This document shows positions 21,211-33,484 of a stretch of 64,000 bases of DNA, piece by piece (positions within the stretch are counted from its first letter, which is position 1; the number at the start of each line of letters is the position of its first letter). Below the pieces are notes generated by a model. It made no database searches. It was not told where the DNA came from and saw only the letters and a program-made list of their open reading frames with translations. A program made the position numbers and the translations under genes. The stretch lies in contig OY759353.1 in the NCBI GenBank assembly GCA_963662315.1, positions 736,001-800,000 of the forward strand, in the 5' to 3' direction. The DNA comes from Geopsychrobacteraceae bacterium (GTDB lineage Bacteria > Desulfobacterota > Desulfuromonadia > Desulfuromonadales > Geopsychrobacteraceae).

Positions 21211-21876
21211 ATGGGAATTTTTACGAAGAAAAAATCGCTAAAAACCAAGAAGCCCTGGTATCGTGAATGGTCTGAAGCTCTCATTGTGGCAGTTGTTCTT
21301 GCCCTGATTATCCGTACCTTTCTGTTTCAGGCCTTTAAGATTCCTTCTGGATCGATGTTGGATACTCTGTTGATCGGTGATCATCTGCTGGTTAATAAAT
21401 TTATCTTCGGGACCCAGATCCCTCTTGTTGATGGGCGTCATCTGACCATCCGACATCCTGAGCGAGGCGATGTTATTGTCTTTGAATTTCCTGAAGATGC
21501 CGGCAAGTCTTACTTTGACAGGCGTGATTTTATCAAGCGGGTCATCGGAACTCCAGGTGACGTCATCGAGGTAAAAAATAAAAAGGTTTATGTCAATGGC
21601 GAGCTTTATGATATCCCCCAGGAACAACATAAAGATAACGATTTGCTGCCGGCAATTGCCAGTCCGCGGGATTTCTTTGGCCCGATAAAGGTTCCGGAAC
21701 ATAACTATTTTGTTATGGGAGATAATCGAGATTATTCCTATGACAGCCGTTTCTGGGGTTTTGTGAACGAAACCAAGATCAAGGGCCTGGCGTTTATTAA
21801 GTACTGGTCGTGGGATAGCGAGGGGGATTTGTTGCATAAGATTCGCTTTGATCGTATCGGTCGTCTCATCGAATAA
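21211..21876 (+). CDS. lepB: Signal peptidase I
   Basis: IPSGSM, FIKRVIG, GDNRDYSYDSRFWG; directly follows lepA. Confidence 0.97.
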   Translation: MGIFTKKKSLKTKKPWYREWSEALIVAVVLALIIRTFLFQAFKIPSGSMLDTLLIGDHLLVNKFIFGTQIPLVDGRHLTIRHPERGDVIVFEFPEDAGKSYFDRRDFIKRVIGTPGDVIEVKNKKVYVNGELYDIPQEQHKDNDLLPAIASPRDFFGPIKVPEHNYFVMGDNRDYSYDSRFWGFVNETKIKGLAFIKYWSWDSEGDLLHKIRFDRIGRLIE

Positions 21877-21904
21877 ATTTAAGATTCTGGCGACTAATCT
21901 GTAG

Positions 21905-22058
21905 TTGACTTCATGGTTCAGACTTGGTAGTCTCCTTTAATTTTTGTTTAACCCTTTAAATTGATCCGAGAGATCAACAAGGGAGAGAATACGTGTTAAT
22001 CCCGCAAAATAAATCTACCAACGACACCTGTGCATTCGTTTGCATAGGTGTTTTTTTA
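21905..22058 (+). promoter_or_regulatory. pyr operon promoter and PyrR attenuator
   Basis: TTGACT-17-TAGTCT promoter; CCCTTTAAATTGATCCGAGAGATCAACAAGGG PyrR-loop-like hairpin (21952-21983); ACACCTGTGCA...TGCATAGGTGT terminator with T-run (22024-22058). Confidence 0.75.
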
Positions 22059-22083
22059 TGTCCGATTTTCAAAGGAGGCTTTT

Positions 22084-22620
22084 GTGGCTGCGGAAACAAT
22101 TGAAATCTTGGATGAGAAGGGAATCAGCAGGGCGTTGACGAGAATTGCTCATGAAATTCTGGAAAAGAATAAAGGCGTTGACGAGCTGGTCCTGATTGGT
22201 ATCCGGACCGGTGGCGCTTATCTTGCTGGTCTGCTGCAGAAAAAGCTTGCTGAAATTGAAGAGGTAGACATTCCTCTTGGTCTGATTGATGTCACCATGT
22301 ACCGAGACGATATCAAGTCACGGAATAACCTTGAGGTCGGACAGACCGATATCCGGTTTTCATTAAATGGCAAAAAGGTGATCCTGGTCGACGATGTACT
22401 GTTTACTGGCCGCACTATCCGCGCTGCACTCGATGCTTTGATGGATCTTGGTCGCCCCCAATCGATACAACTCGCTACTTTGATCGATCGTGGCCACCGC
22501 GAGTTACCGATTCGTCCTGATTATATCGGGAGGAATTTGCCAACAGCCCGCAATGAACAAATTAAAGTTAATTTCGATGAGCAGAAATATCCACGCTCTG
22601 TTCATCTGCTCAGACGCTGA
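22084..22620 (+). CDS. pyrR: Bifunctional pyr attenuator protein / uracil phosphoribosyltransferase
   Basis: RALTRIAHEILE, VDDVLFTGRTIRAALD, DRGHRELPIRPD; GTG start after AAGGAGG. Confidence 0.97.
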   Translation: MAAETIEILDEKGISRALTRIAHEILEKNKGVDELVLIGIRTGGAYLAGLLQKKLAEIEEVDIPLGLIDVTMYRDDIKSRNNLEVGQTDIRFSLNGKKVILVDDVLFTGRTIRAALDALMDLGRPQSIQLATLIDRGHRELPIRPDYIGRNLPTARNEQIKVNFDEQKYPRSVHLLRR

Positions 22621-22635
22621 TCCGGAGGTAGCTTA

Positions 22636-23571
22636 ATGTCTTTCAATCCAAAGCATATTCTTGGCATCAAGGGCCTTTCTGCTGAAAACCTGACTTTTAT
22701 TCTGGACACAGCAGAAAGTTTCAAAGAGATCAATACCCGTGAAATAAAAAAGGTTCCTACATTGCGGGGCAAGACCATTGTTAACCTGTTTTTCGAGGCA
22801 AGTACCAGAACACGCACGTCATTTGAAGTTGCCGGCAAGCGTCTTTCTGCTGACACGATTAATATCAGTGCGTCCTCTTCATCTGTTGTTAAAGGTGAAA
22901 CTCTGGAGGATACGGCCAAAAATATCGAAGCCATGCATCCTGACATCATCGTCATGCGGCATAGTGCTTCCGGTGCTTGCGAGTATCTTGCCGAACGTCT
23001 TGGTTGTTCCGTGGTTAATGCCGGGGACGGTACCCATGAACACCCCAGTCAGGCCCTGCTTGATGCTTTTACCATTCGTCAGCATAAAGGGAAAATTGCC
23101 GGGCTCACAGTGACCATTGCCGGAGATATCACCCATAGTCGCGTTGTGCGTTCCAATATTTACTGTCTGACGACCCTTGGCGCTACAGTTCGCATTGTTG
23201 GACCTAAAACCATGGTTCCCCCAGGTATTGAAAAGCTTGGCTGTGAGGTTTTTTACAATTTTGATGATGCCGTCATGGATGCGGACGTTGTTATGATGCT
23301 GCGCATTCAGCGTGAACGTCAGGGGAAAACCTTAATACCCTCAACGCGTGAATATGCCCGTTTTTTTGGTTTGAATGAGGCTCGCCTGCGATTGGCAAAG
23401 CCTGATGCAATTGTCATGCACCCAGGGCCGATTAATCGTGGCGTTGAATTGTCGTCCGCCGTTGCTGATGGCGAGCAGAACGTAATTCTTGATCAGGTTG
23501 AAAACGGGGTTGCCGTTCGCATGGCTCTGCTCTACCTGGTTTCAGGTGGCGAAAAACTTCAGGAAAACTGA
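22636..23571 (+). CDS. pyrB: Aspartate carbamoyltransferase
   Basis: [31 protein letters not shown]. Confidence 0.98.
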   Translation: MSFNPKHILGIKGLSAENLTFILDTAESFKEINTREIKKVPTLRGKTIVNLFFEASTRTRTSFEVAGKRLSADTINISASSSSVVKGETLEDTAKNIEAMHPDIIVMRHSASGACEYLAERLGCSVVNAGDGTHEHPSQALLDAFTIRQHKGKIAGLTVTIAGDITHSRVVRSNIYCLTTLGATVRIVGPKTMVPPGIEKLGCEVFYNFDDAVMDADVVMMLRIQRERQGKTLIPSTREYARFFGLNEARLRLAKPDAIVMHPGPINRGVELSSAVADGEQNVILDQVENGVAVRMALLYLVSGGEKLQEN

Positions 23572-23591
23572 TTTCAGGGAGAGATGATAGA

Positions 23592-24869
23592 ATGAAAATT
23601 TTAATCAAAGCAGGGCGCGTCATTGATCCGGCAAACAATCTGGATGCGGTTCGGGATATCCTGATTGAAGATGGAGTGATTACCCAGGTTGCAGAAGCCG
23701 TTGCTGCCGACTGTGTTGAAATTATTGATGCAAAGGGTATGCTTGTGACTCCTGGGCTTGTTGATATTCATACCCACTTGCGTGATCCAGGACAGGAGTA
23801 TAAAGAGGATATTGTGTCTGGAACCCGTGCCGCCGCCGCTGGTGGAGTAACCTCGCTGGCGTGTATGCCGAATACCAGTCCTGTCAATGATAACCTTTCG
23901 GTAACCCAGTATATTATCAATAAGGCTCGTCAGGCAGGCTATGCAAACGTTTATCCTGTCGGCGCCATTAGTCACGGGATGAAAGGGGAGACCCTGGCTG
24001 AGATTGGTGAGCTGAAAGCAGGCGGTTGTGTTGCTTTTTCTGATGATGGGAAGCCGGTTCTTAGTGGTGAGTTGATGCGTCGGGCTCTTGAATACGCTGA
24101 CACCTTCGATGCCCCGATTATTGCTCACTGTGAAGCTTTGGACATTGTTAGCGATGGTTGTATGAATGAAGGTGAGGTTGCCACCGAGCTTGGGCTAAAG
24201 GGGATTCCCTGGGTGGCAGAAGATGCGGCCGTGGCTCGTGATGTGATGCTTGCAGAATTTACTGGCGCACGACTTCATGTTGCTCATGTCTCGACTAAAG
24301 GGAGTATTGAGCTTGTTCGTCAGGCAAAAAAACGTGGTGTCCGCGTGACTTGTGAGGCGACTCCACATCATTTTACTTTGTCAGAGGATGCCGTAAAAGG
24401 TTACAATACCAATGCGAAAATGAATCCGCCGTTACGTCACCAGTCCGATGTCGACGCGGTTTGCGCCGGCCTTGCTGATGGTACTATTGATGCAATTGCT
24501 ACGGATCATGCTCCTCACCACTATGATGAGAAAAATGTTGAGTTTCCCATCGCGTTAAACGGCATTATCGGGCTGGAAACATTGTTGCCCTTAACCCTGG
24601 AACTTGTCGCTAAAGGTGTTCTTACATTAAGCCAGGCAATAGCGTTGTTAACCTGTAAGCCTGCTGCAATTATCGGTATTGAACGTGGTTCCCTTGGTGT
24701 TGGAGCCGTTGCGGATATTGCCATTATCGATCCTGAGTTGGAATGGTCTCTCGACGTCAGTGCCTTGCAGTCTAAGAGTAAAAATACCCCGTTTGTCGGC
24801 TTTAATTTCAGAGGTTGTGCTGTACAAACTTTGCTTGCTGGGAAAACGGTATTCATAAAAGAAGCGTAA
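23592..24869 (+). CDS. pyrC: Dihydroorotase
   Basis: [24 protein letters not shown]. Confidence 0.97.
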   Translation: MKILIKAGRVIDPANNLDAVRDILIEDGVITQVAEAVAADCVEIIDAKGMLVTPGLVDIHTHLRDPGQEYKEDIVSGTRAAAAGGVTSLACMPNTSPVNDNLSVTQYIINKARQAGYANVYPVGAISHGMKGETLAEIGELKAGGCVAFSDDGKPVLSGELMRRALEYADTFDAPIIAHCEALDIVSDGCMNEGEVATELGLKGIPWVAEDAAVARDVMLAEFTGARLHVAHVSTKGSIELVRQAKKRGVRVTCEATPHHFTLSEDAVKGYNTNAKMNPPLRHQSDVDAVCAGLADGTIDAIATDHAPHHYDEKNVEFPIALNGIIGLETLLPLTLELVAKGVLTLSQAIALLTCKPAAIIGIERGSLGVGAVADIAIIDPELEWSLDVSALQSKSKNTPFVGFNFRGCAVQTLLAGKTVFIKEA

Positions 24870-24925
24870 ATATAGTAATTTGACGCTTATTTATTTAAGT
24901 TAATTCTTAAAAGATAGAGGTAATA

Positions 24926-26053
24926 ATGAAAGCAGTTCTTGCGCTTGCAGATGGCAAGTATTTTGTTGGCAAAGCTCTTGGTGCGGTTGGAGAAGTCGCG
25001 GGAGAGGTTGTCTTTAATACGAGTATGACGGGATATCAGGAGATTTTGACTGATCCTTCATATAATGGCGAAATTGTCACAATGACCTATCCCCAGATTG
25101 GCAATTATGGAATTAATTCGGAAGATGTCGAGTCTAGCCAACCCTTTTTGTCCGGGTTTGTTGTTAAGGAGTCTTGTCCGTTTCCAAGTAACTTTCGGTC
25201 CGAAATGTCGCTGGATGACTATTTAAAGCAAAATAGCATTGTCGGGATTGAGGGGATTGATACGCGTGCGCTGGTTCGTCATATCCGTACTGCCGGAGCT
25301 CAGACCGGCATTATCTCCTCGATTGACACCGATCCTGCCAGCCTGATCGAAAAAGCGCAAAAAGCTCCCTCAATTGTCGGTCGAGATCTGGTCAAGGAAG
25401 TCACCTGCGCTGAGTCCTATCATGCTACTGAAGAGGTGTGGCAACTAGGCGAGGGCTATAAAGATAGTTCCGATACTGTCAAGCCTTACAAGGTTGTTGC
25501 TTATGACTTTGGAATCAAGCGCAATATCCTGCGGAATCTGAGGTCTGCAGGGTGTGATGTTACCGTTGTGCCAGCGACAACCAGCTCTGAAGAAGTGCTG
25601 AGTATGAATCCTGATGGTGTGTTCCTGAGTAATGGCCCTGGTGATCCCGAACCGTTGGTTTACGCTCAAGATAATATTCGTCAACTGTTAGGGCGGGTCC
25701 CTATTTTTGGAATCTGTCTTGGCCACCAGCTACTCTCCATCGCACTTGGCGCCAAAACCTATAAACTCAAGTTTGGTCACCGGGGCGGCAATCAGCCGGT
25801 TCTTGATCATAAGCGTGCCCAGGTGGAAATCACTTCACAGAATCATGGTTTTGCTGTGGATGCCGGAAGTCTCGATCCTGAACAGGTGAGTGTTACTCAT
25901 GTGAACCTTAATGATGATACAGTTGAGGGTATTCAGCACAAAACTTTGCCGGCATTCTCTGTACAATATCACCCGGAAGCGTCTCCTGGCCCGCATGATG
26001 CCAAGTACCTTTTTGAGCGTTTCATTCAGATGATGGCTGAGAATAAAAAGTAA
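24926..26053 (+). CDS. carA: Carbamoyl-phosphate synthase small subunit
   Basis: [33 protein letters not shown]. Confidence 0.98.
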   Translation: MKAVLALADGKYFVGKALGAVGEVAGEVVFNTSMTGYQEILTDPSYNGEIVTMTYPQIGNYGINSEDVESSQPFLSGFVVKESCPFPSNFRSEMSLDDYLKQNSIVGIEGIDTRALVRHIRTAGAQTGIISSIDTDPASLIEKAQKAPSIVGRDLVKEVTCAESYHATEEVWQLGEGYKDSSDTVKPYKVVAYDFGIKRNILRNLRSAGCDVTVVPATTSSEEVLSMNPDGVFLSNGPGDPEPLVYAQDNIRQLLGRVPIFGICLGHQLLSIALGAKTYKLKFGHRGGNQPVLDHKRAQVEITSQNHGFAVDAGSLDPEQVSVTHVNLNDDTVEGIQHKTLPAFSVQYHPEASPGPHDAKYLFERFIQMMAENKK

Positions 26054-26098
26054 TTCTCACCCAATTAGTGCTATTCGTAATAATTTAAAGGAACAACC

Positions 26099-29000
26099 AT
26101 GCCTAAGCGTGATGATATAAAAAAGATCTTGATTATTGGTGCCGGGCCAATCGTTATTGGCCAGGCGTGTGAGTTTGACTATTCCGGTACCCAGGCTTGT
26201 AAGGCCTTGAAAGAAGAAGGGTACGAGGTCGTTTTACTCAATTCCAATCCAGCCACAATTATGACCGATCCTGATTTTGCTGATCGGACCTACGTCGAGC
26301 CAGTTACTCCTGACAGCCTGACCAAAATTATTGCCAAAGAGCGTCCTGATGCGTTGTTGCCGACTCTCGGGGGACAGACCGCGCTAAATACTGCGGTAGC
26401 TGTTGCCGAGGCCGGGGTGCTTGATGAGTATAATGTTGAATTAATCGGTGCAAAACTTGGTCCGATTAAGAAGGCTGAAGATCGGACACTGTTTAAACAG
26501 GCAATGGAAAAGATAGGGGTTAATGTTCCACGTTCCGGCCTTGCTCATAGTCATAAGGAAGCGATGGAAATCATTGAATATATCGGTTTCCCTGCGATTA
26601 TCAGGCCTTCTTTTACTCTGGGTGGAACTGGTGGTGGCATTGCCTATAATCGTGAAGAATACGAGAGCATGGCGATTGCCGGTATTGATGCTTCTCCGAC
26701 CAACGAAATTCTGGTTGAAGAGTCTGTTATCGGCTGGAAAGAGTACGAACTCGAAGTTATGCGGGATACCGCCGATAATGTTGTCATTATCTGTTCCATT
26801 GAGAACTTCGATGCTATGGGGGTTCATACCGGGGATTCCATAACTATTGCTCCGGCTCAGACGCTCACTGACAAGGAATATCAGATTCTGCGGGACGCTT
26901 CGTTGAAAATCATCCGCGAAATCGGCGTCGATACCGGCGGGTCAAATATTCAGTTTGGGATCAACCCCAAAGATGGCCGTCTTGTCGTTATCGAAATGAA
27001 TCCTCGTGTGTCCCGTTCTTCGGCCTTGGCGTCAAAGGCAACAGGCTTCCCGATTGCAAAAATTGCAGCCAAACTTTCGGTCGGCTACCGGCTTGATGAA
27101 ATTTCCAATGATATTACCCGCGAGACGCTGGCTTCTTTTGAACCGACCATCGATTATGTGGTGACTAAGGTTCCGCGTTTTACTTTTGAAAAATTCCCTC
27201 AGGCAGATGCGACATTGACGACTCAGATGAAATCTGTTGGTGAAGCAATGGCTATTGGCAGAACTTTTAAGGAAAGTCTGCAAAAAGCGTTGCGGTCTCT
27301 CGAAATCGGTTCCTATGGTTTTGAAAGTCGGCTGTTTGCTTCTCCTGCCGAATATGGCCGGGAGCTTTCCGAAGCAGAGGTTAGTCTGCTTAAAGAAAAA
27401 CTGCATGTTCCTAACTGGGAACGTATGTGGTATCTGGCCGATGCTTTCCGGGCCGGCATGACAACTGAGGAAATTAATTCTCTGACTGGTATTGACCCCT
27501 GGTTCTTGAATAATATTGCACAGATTGTCACCAAAGAAGCAGAACTTGTTGACAATAGCGATAAGCTCGCTAGTAAAGATGAAGCGTTTGCGGAACTTTT
27601 ACGTGAAGCCAAGCGCTATGGGTTCGCAGACCGGCGTCTTGCTACTTTGTGGAAGATTACCGAAAACGATGTCCGGCAATTGCGTCATGATCTGAATGTT
27701 CTGCCTGTTTATAAGCGGGTTGATACCTGTGGCGCTGAATTCGAAGCCTATACTCCGTACCTGTATTCTACTTACGAGTCAGAGTGCGAAGCGGCTCCCA
27801 CTGATCGTCAGAAAATTATGATCCTGGGTGGTGGTCCAAACCGAATCGGTCAGGGGATTGAGTTTGACTATTGCTGTGTGCATGGCGCTTTTTCTCTGTC
27901 AGAGGCCGGCTATGAAACAATCATGGTTAACTGTAATCCGGAAACGGTTTCTACCGACTATGACACGTCGGACCGTTTATATTTTGAGCCTCTGACGTTT
28001 GAAGATGTGCTCGCTATTGTTGAAACGGAAAAGCCGGTTGGGGTTATCGTTCAATATGGCGGACAAACTCCTTTGAAGCTTGCCGTTGCTCTGGAAAAAG
28101 CCGGGGTTCCGATTATCGGTACCTCCCCGGATGCTATTGACCGGGCCGAAGACCGCGAGCGTTTTCAGGCGCTGCTTAATAAACTGAACCTGCGTCAGCC
28201 AGAAAATGGTATTGCACGTGCCTATGATGAGGCGGAAAAAATTGCCGAGCGCATCGGTTATCCGGTTGTTGTGCGTCCTTCTTACGTGCTTGGCGGGCGT
28301 GCCATGGAGATCGTATATACCGTTGAACGACTGCGCGATTACATGAAATATGCGGTTGACGCATCTCCTGAGCATCCGGTTCTGATTGACAAGTTCCTGA
28401 TCGATGCTATTGAGGTCGATGTTGATGCTCTGGCAGATGGTACCAACGTTGTGATTGGCGGCATCATGCAGCATATCGAAGAAGCAGGTATCCACTCAGG
28501 TGACTCGGCCTGTTCATTGCCCCCTTACTCGCTCCCCGAGGATATCATTGCGGAGATTCGTCGTCAGACCATTGAACTCGCTCTTGAGCTTCAGGTTGTT
28601 GGCCTGATGAATATTCAATATGCGGTCAAGGGTGGGGACATTTATCTGCTTGAGGTAAATCCACGTGCCAGCCGGACAGTGCCGTTTGTTTCCAAGGCGA
28701 CCAATCGCCCTCTGGCACAGATTGCAGCAAAGGTTATGGCCGGGAAAACTTTACCGGAATTGGGTGTCAGTGGTGATATTATCCCTGAGCATATTGCCAT
28801 AAAAGAGGCTGTTTTTCCGTTTGTTAAGTTCCCTGGTGTCGATACGCTGCTGGGTCCTGAAATGAAATCGACCGGTGAAGTTATGGGGATCGATTTTGAA
28901 TTTGGGAAGGCTTTTGCCAAGGCCCAGCTTGGGGCTAATGTCAAACTGCCACGGGAAGGCAAGATCTTTGTCAGTGTTAAAGATACAGATAAGGCTCATA

Positions 29001-29356
29001 TTGTTGAATCGATTAAAAAACTTGTCAGTGTCGGCTTCTCGGTTGTGGCAACGGGAGGTACGGCATCTTACCTGGCAGAGCAGGGTATTCCTGTTGACCG
29101 TATCAATAAGGTGAAAGAAGGACGCCCTCATTGTGTTGATGCTATCAAGAGCCGCGAAATCTGTATGGTTTTCAATACCACTCTTGGCGCACAATCGGTC
29201 ACTGATTCGTACTCAATCAGACGTTCGGCGTTGATGAACGAAGTGGCTTATTATACCACTGTCGCTGGTATAAAAGCCGTGACCGACGGCATTCTTGCCA
29301 TGCTTAGGGAAACGCTTGACGTCAAGCCGCTGCAAGAGTATTATAGCGTTTCTTGA
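26099..29356 (+). CDS. carB: Carbamoyl-phosphate synthase large subunit
   Basis: [30 protein letters not shown]; duplicated ATP-grasp domains plus MGS domain. Confidence 0.99.
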   Translation: MPKRDDIKKILIIGAGPIVIGQACEFDYSGTQACKALKEEGYEVVLLNSNPATIMTDPDFADRTYVEPVTPDSLTKIIAKERPDALLPTLGGQTALNTAVAVAEAGVLDEYNVELIGAKLGPIKKAEDRTLFKQAMEKIGVNVPRSGLAHSHKEAMEIIEYIGFPAIIRPSFTLGGTGGGIAYNREEYESMAIAGIDASPTNEILVEESVIGWKEYELEVMRDTADNVVIICSIENFDAMGVHTGDSITIAPAQTLTDKEYQILRDASLKIIREIGVDTGGSNIQFGINPKDGRLVVIEMNPRVSRSSALASKATGFPIAKIAAKLSVGYRLDEISNDITRETLASFEPTIDYVVTKVPRFTFEKFPQADATLTTQMKSVGEAMAIGRTFKESLQKALRSLEIGSYGFESRLFASPAEYGRELSEAEVSLLKEKLHVPNWERMWYLADAFRAGMTTEEINSLTGIDPWFLNNIAQIVTKEAELVDNSDKLASKDEAFAELLREAKRYGFADRRLATLWKITENDVRQLRHDLNVLPVYKRVDTCGAEFEAYTPYLYSTYESECEAAPTDRQKIMILGGGPNRIGQGIEFDYCCVHGAFSLSEAGYETIMVNCNPETVSTDYDTSDRLYFEPLTFEDVLAIVETEKPVGVIVQYGGQTPLKLAVALEKAGVPIIGTSPDAIDRAEDRERFQALLNKLNLRQPENGIARAYDEAEKIAERIGYPVVVRPSYVLGGRAMEIVYTVERLRDYMKYAVDASPEHPVLIDKFLIDAIEVDVDALADGTNVVIGGIMQHIEEAGIHSGDSACSLPPYSLPEDIIAEIRRQTIELALELQVVGLMNIQYAVKGGDIYLLEVNPRASRTVPFVSKATNRPLAQIAAKVMAGKTLPELGVSGDIIPEHIAIKEAVFPFVKFPGVDTLLGPEMKSTGEVMGIDFEFGKAFAKAQLGANVKLPREGKIFVSVKDTDKAHIVESIKKLVSVGFSVVATGGTASYLAEQGIPVDRINKVKEGRPHCVDAIKSREICMVFNTTLGAQSVTDSYSIRRSALMNEVAYYTTVAGIKAVTDGILAMLRETLDVKPLQEYYSVS

Positions 29357-29383
29357 TTTAGAACGAGTTCATTAGTCATATAC

Positions 29384-29417
29384 CAGTGGGCGGGTTTTCC
29401 CGCCCGCTGTTTTTTTT
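29384..29417 (+). terminator. Intrinsic terminator between carB and greA
   Basis: CAGTGGGCGGG-tttt-CCCGCCCGCTG followed by a T-run. Confidence 0.75.
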
Positions 29418-29431
29418 AAGGAGTGAGATGT

Positions 29432-29908
29432 ATGAGCAATTCTGTTCCAATGACTGCTGAAGGGTATCAGCGGCTTCAGGACGAACTCAAACACCTTATT
29501 CGGGTTGAGCGCCCGAAAGTTGTCCAGGATATTGCTGAAGCGCGCAGTCATGGAGATTTGTCCGAAAATGCTGAATATGATGCTGCTAAAGACCGTCAGG
29601 CTTTTGTTGAAGGGCGTATTCAGGAGCTCAATAATAAAATCGCCTTAGCACAGGTGATTGATCCGAAAACTATTAAAAGTGATAAAATCGTTTTTGGTGC
29701 CAAGGTCACTCTGTTTGATGTTGATACTGAAAAAGAATTTAACTACCAGATCGTTGGTGAAGATGAAGCAGATATCAAGGTTGGTAAAATCTCCATCACC
29801 TCTCCGGTTGGGAAGGCTTTGATTGGCCATCAGGTTGATGAAGAAGTGCGTATTGCGGTTCCTTCAGGTGTTAAGGTCTATGAAGTTACCGATATTGAAT
29901 ATAGCTAA
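29432..29908 (+). CDS. greA: Transcription elongation factor GreA
   Basis: ARSHGDLSENAEYDAAK; ISITSPVGKALIG. Confidence 0.97.
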   Translation: MSNSVPMTAEGYQRLQDELKHLIRVERPKVVQDIAEARSHGDLSENAEYDAAKDRQAFVEGRIQELNNKIALAQVIDPKTIKSDKIVFGAKVTLFDVDTEKEFNYQIVGEDEADIKVGKISITSPVGKALIGHQVDEEVRIAVPSGVKVYEVTDIEYS

Positions 29909-29934
29909 AGCTATTAAACAATAGCACTTTACCA

Positions 29935-29965
29935 GGGGTGTCTTGCTTAAGATGCCCCGTTTTTC
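29935..29965 (+). terminator. Intrinsic terminator after greA
   Basis: GGGGTGTCTT-gctt-AAGATGCCCC followed by GTTTTT. Confidence 0.65.
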
Positions 29966-30034
29966 TTGCAATTTATCGTGGGTTTTGTGAATATTTTAAC
30001 GATAAAGTATCTACGCAGTTACGCGGAGGTTTAA

Positions 30035-30238
30035 ATGGCTCAGAAAATTACCAAAGATATGACTTTTCAGGAAATAATCCAAATCAGCCCTAAGGTTGCG
30101 GCAGTTCTTGATCGCCATAATCTTGGTTGTGTCGGTTGTTTAGGGGCATCGACTGAATCCCTTGCTCAGGGGATACGCGCTCATGGTTTGAATCTTGAGC
30201 AGATTCTTGATGACCTTAATGCCGCTCTGGAAGATTGA
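30035..30238 (+). CDS. DUF1858 family small protein
   Basis: ITKDMT...LGCVGCLGASTESLAQGIRAHGL pattern; RBS ggagg. Confidence 0.8.
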   Translation: MAQKITKDMTFQEIIQISPKVAAVLDRHNLGCVGCLGASTESLAQGIRAHGLNLEQILDDLNAALED

Positions 30239-30247
30239 TCATCGCCG

Positions 30248-32398
30248 ATGGTTTCATCGGGTCAGACTGTTGGCTTAAAATTTCTTCAGCAGGACATTTC
30301 TTCTCTGCGCGGGGTCGGTGCCCGTAACCTCGAAAAGTTACAGCGACTTGGTATTAAAACAGTTGAGGATGCTTTGTATCACCTGCCTTCTCGCTATGAA
30401 GACCGTCGCAAGCTCAAGAAAATAAGTCAACTTGTCACCGGACAGCAGGAGGTCTTTTTTGCTACGGTCCTCGCTTCTGGTGAAATTCAGACATCTCGTA
30501 GTCGAAAAAAAATTTACGAAATGATCGTCGGGGATGATACCGGACGTCTTTCCCTTAAATGGTTTCGTTACCGCAAGACTTGGCTGGAAAGCCGATTTCC
30601 CATTGGTCAGCAGGCGGTTTTTATAGGTGAGGTCAAGCGCTTCAGTACGGTGAGGGAAGTTCATCATCCTGATGCGGAATTGATAAACACGTCTGCGGAC
30701 CTCACTACGTATCTCGCCAGTAATCCAATTGAATTCGGTCGAATTCTTCCTGTATATCCCACGACGGAAGGCTTGTCCCAGAAGCAAATTCGTAAACTGT
30801 GGTCTCAACTGGTCGATCACTATGTTCGCTATATTCCGACCTTTCTTCCTGAATATCTTTTAGAAAAATATCAATTATTTCCTTTGGATCAAGCATTAAG
30901 GTTTATCCATTGGCCAGAGGAAAACTCTGATCTGGAACGTTTGGCTAGCGGTCGTGATCGTGCCCGTCAGTCTATTGTTTTCGATGAATTCTTTTTTCTG
31001 GAATTAGGTTTAGCTTTAAAAAGGGCAGGGGTGGAGCTGGAAACCGGTATAGCTTTTTCCTTTACCCATAAATATACAATTCCCTTATATAAATCTCTGC
31101 CATTCAAACTGACTGGGGCTCAACGGCGCGTGTTAGGTGATATCAAGCAGGACATGATGTCTCCTCAACCTATGCATCGATTATTGCAAGGGGATGTTGG
31201 CAGTGGAAAGACCCTTGTCGCGATGATGGCAGCATTGATTGCCATTGAAAATGATGCTCAGGTTGCTGTTGTGGCTCCTACCGAGATTCTCGCAGAGCAA
31301 CACTATAAAACATTTTGCCAATGGCTCGAACCTCTAGGGCTGACTGCCTGTCTTTTGCAGGGCAGTATGAGTGCAGGCAATAAGCGCACCACTCTTGATC
31401 GGATTGCTGAAGGGCGTGTTAATCTGATCGTTGGAACTCATGCTGTTTTACAGGATTCGGTTGAGTTTAAACGTCTTGGCCTTGGGATTATTGATGAACA
31501 ACATAGATTTGGCGTTAAACAGCGTAGTATTCTGAAGCATAAAGGTGAAAATCCAGACATTCTGGTTATGACCGCAACGCCAATCCCCAGGACCCTGTCC
31601 ATGACTCTTTATGGTGATCTCTCTGTATCGGTTATTGACGAACTGCCACCAGGGCGTAGGCCGATAACTACAAAACTCTATAAGACCAGTCAGCGCAGTA
31701 AAGCCTATAAATTAATCCGGGAACAGCTGGATCTGGGACGTCAAATTTATATTGTCTATCCGCTTGTCGAAGAATCGGAGAAAAGCGACTTGCAGGCCGC
31801 AACTGTTGCTGCTGATCAGCTTCAGGATGATATTTTCCCCGATATAAGTGTCGGTTTGCTCCACGGAAAAATGAAATCTGCCCAAAAAGATGCTGTTATG
31901 CAAGCTTTCCGTCACGGCGAGCTGCAGCTATTGGTGTCTACAACTGTCATTGAAGTCGGTGTTGATGTCCCGAATGCTTCGGTTATGGTTATTGAACATG
32001 CTGACCGCTTCGGTTTGTCACAGCTTCATCAGTTGCGTGGTCGGGTTGGTCGTGGTGCAGAGCAGAGCTATTGTATTTTGATTCCCTCTGAAAATTACAG
32101 CCATGACGCCGACCGTCGCCTTCAGGTTATGGTGCAGACCAACGATGGTTTCAAAATTGCCGAGGCCGACCTCGAAATACGTGGCCCTGGCGATTTTCTT
32201 GGTACAAGGCAAGCGGGCTTACCCGAATTCAGGGTTGCAAACCTGGTAAAAGATCTCCAAATTCTTGAAGTCGCACGTAATGAAGCATTTGCCTATGTTG
32301 CCAAAAGCGATAATCTAGAGACTCCTGAAGCTCAAATTATCCGGTCTGAATTGGTTAGAAGATGGGGGGGACGACTGGAATTAGCCGCTATAGGCTGA
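30248..32398 (+). CDS. recG: ATP-dependent DNA helicase RecG
   Basis: RLLQGDVGSGKT, DEQHRFGV, MTATPIPRTL, QLHQLRGRVGRG. Confidence 0.98.
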   Translation: MVSSGQTVGLKFLQQDISSLRGVGARNLEKLQRLGIKTVEDALYHLPSRYEDRRKLKKISQLVTGQQEVFFATVLASGEIQTSRSRKKIYEMIVGDDTGRLSLKWFRYRKTWLESRFPIGQQAVFIGEVKRFSTVREVHHPDAELINTSADLTTYLASNPIEFGRILPVYPTTEGLSQKQIRKLWSQLVDHYVRYIPTFLPEYLLEKYQLFPLDQALRFIHWPEENSDLERLASGRDRARQSIVFDEFFFLELGLALKRAGVELETGIAFSFTHKYTIPLYKSLPFKLTGAQRRVLGDIKQDMMSPQPMHRLLQGDVGSGKTLVAMMAALIAIENDAQVAVVAPTEILAEQHYKTFCQWLEPLGLTACLLQGSMSAGNKRTTLDRIAEGRVNLIVGTHAVLQDSVEFKRLGLGIIDEQHRFGVKQRSILKHKGENPDILVMTATPIPRTLSMTLYGDLSVSVIDELPPGRRPITTKLYKTSQRSKAYKLIREQLDLGRQIYIVYPLVEESEKSDLQAATVAADQLQDDIFPDISVGLLHGKMKSAQKDAVMQAFRHGELQLLVSTTVIEVGVDVPNASVMVIEHADRFGLSQLHQLRGRVGRGAEQSYCILIPSENYSHDADRRLQVMVQTNDGFKIAEADLEIRGPGDFLGTRQAGLPEFRVANLVKDLQILEVARNEAFAYVAKSDNLETPEAQIIRSELVRRWGGRLELAAIG

Positions 32399-32434
32399 TA
32401 AGATAAACCTCTGACAAACTTTCAGGAGGCTGAT

Positions 32435-33397
32435 ATGAGAGCTGTTCAAGTTGAACAATTTGGTGAACCTCAAGTACTTAAAACTGTAGAAATGCCAAGT
32501 CCTTATACATTAGAGCATCAGGTAAAGGTTGAAGTTAAGGCTGTTGGGGTTAATCCTGTTGATACATATATCAGAGCCGGTATTTATCCGCTAAAGCCTG
32601 ATCTTCCATATGTCCCAGGAAATGATGCCGCTGGCATTATCTCTGAAGTTGGTTCTGGAGTACTACATCACAAAGTCGGGGATCACGTGTATGTCTTTGG
32701 ACAGAATATTGGTGCCTATGCAGAGGAACTTGTCTGCAACCAAGCTCATGTTTATAGGCTGCCAGAGAATGTTTCATTTGTCACTGGTGCTGCCGTTGGC
32801 GTTCCTTACACTACAGCGTTTTATGGGCTCATTTACCGCGCACAAGCGAAACCAGGAGAAACAATTCTTATTCATGGTGCTAGTGGCGCTGTTGGCTTGG
32901 CTGCTATCCAGATCGCCAAGTCATACGGAATGCGCGTTATCGGCACCGCTGGTACTGAACAAGGTATAAGTTTACTCAAAGAACAAGGAGTCATTGCTGC
33001 TCTGAATCACCATGAGAATAATTATCTGGATGCGCTGGGTGAGCTGACATGTGATTGTGGCCCAGATGTTATTCTTGAAATGCTTGCTAATGTTAACCTG
33101 AATAACGATCTGAAGGTAATTGCCCGGCACGGTCGCATTGTTGTTATTGGGAATCGGGGCACGATTGAAATAAATCCTCGTGATACGATGGGGAAAAATG
33201 CATCTATCCTAGGGATGGCTGCTTTTAATGCTTCCAGGGCTGAGTTGTTTCAGATCCATTCGGCAATTTATTCTGGTCTTACAGATGGTCGTTTTAAACC
33301 GGTTATTCGTGTGGAATTACCATTGACCCGAGCAGCAGACGCTCACAAGCTTGTTATGGAACCCGGTGGAAACGGAAAGATTATTCTTGTCCCTTGA
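32435..33397 (+). CDS. NADPH:quinone reductase (zeta-crystallin/MDR family)
   Basis: GVNPVDTYIRAG, HGASGAVGLAAIQ, GKIIL. Confidence 0.92.
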   Translation: MRAVQVEQFGEPQVLKTVEMPSPYTLEHQVKVEVKAVGVNPVDTYIRAGIYPLKPDLPYVPGNDAAGIISEVGSGVLHHKVGDHVYVFGQNIGAYAEELVCNQAHVYRLPENVSFVTGAAVGVPYTTAFYGLIYRAQAKPGETILIHGASGAVGLAAIQIAKSYGMRVIGTAGTEQGISLLKEQGVIAALNHHENNYLDALGELTCDCGPDVILEMLANVNLNNDLKVIARHGRIVVIGNRGTIEINPRDTMGKNASILGMAAFNASRAELFQIHSAIYSGLTDGRFKPVIRVELPLTRAADAHKLVMEPGGNGKIILVP

Positions 33398-33484
33398 CCT
33401 TTTTAAGGGATATCTATCTAGGGGGTATATGAGATCGTCCGTTAGAAGGACCATTTGGAAACCTCAAATCTGGACGGTAATATT

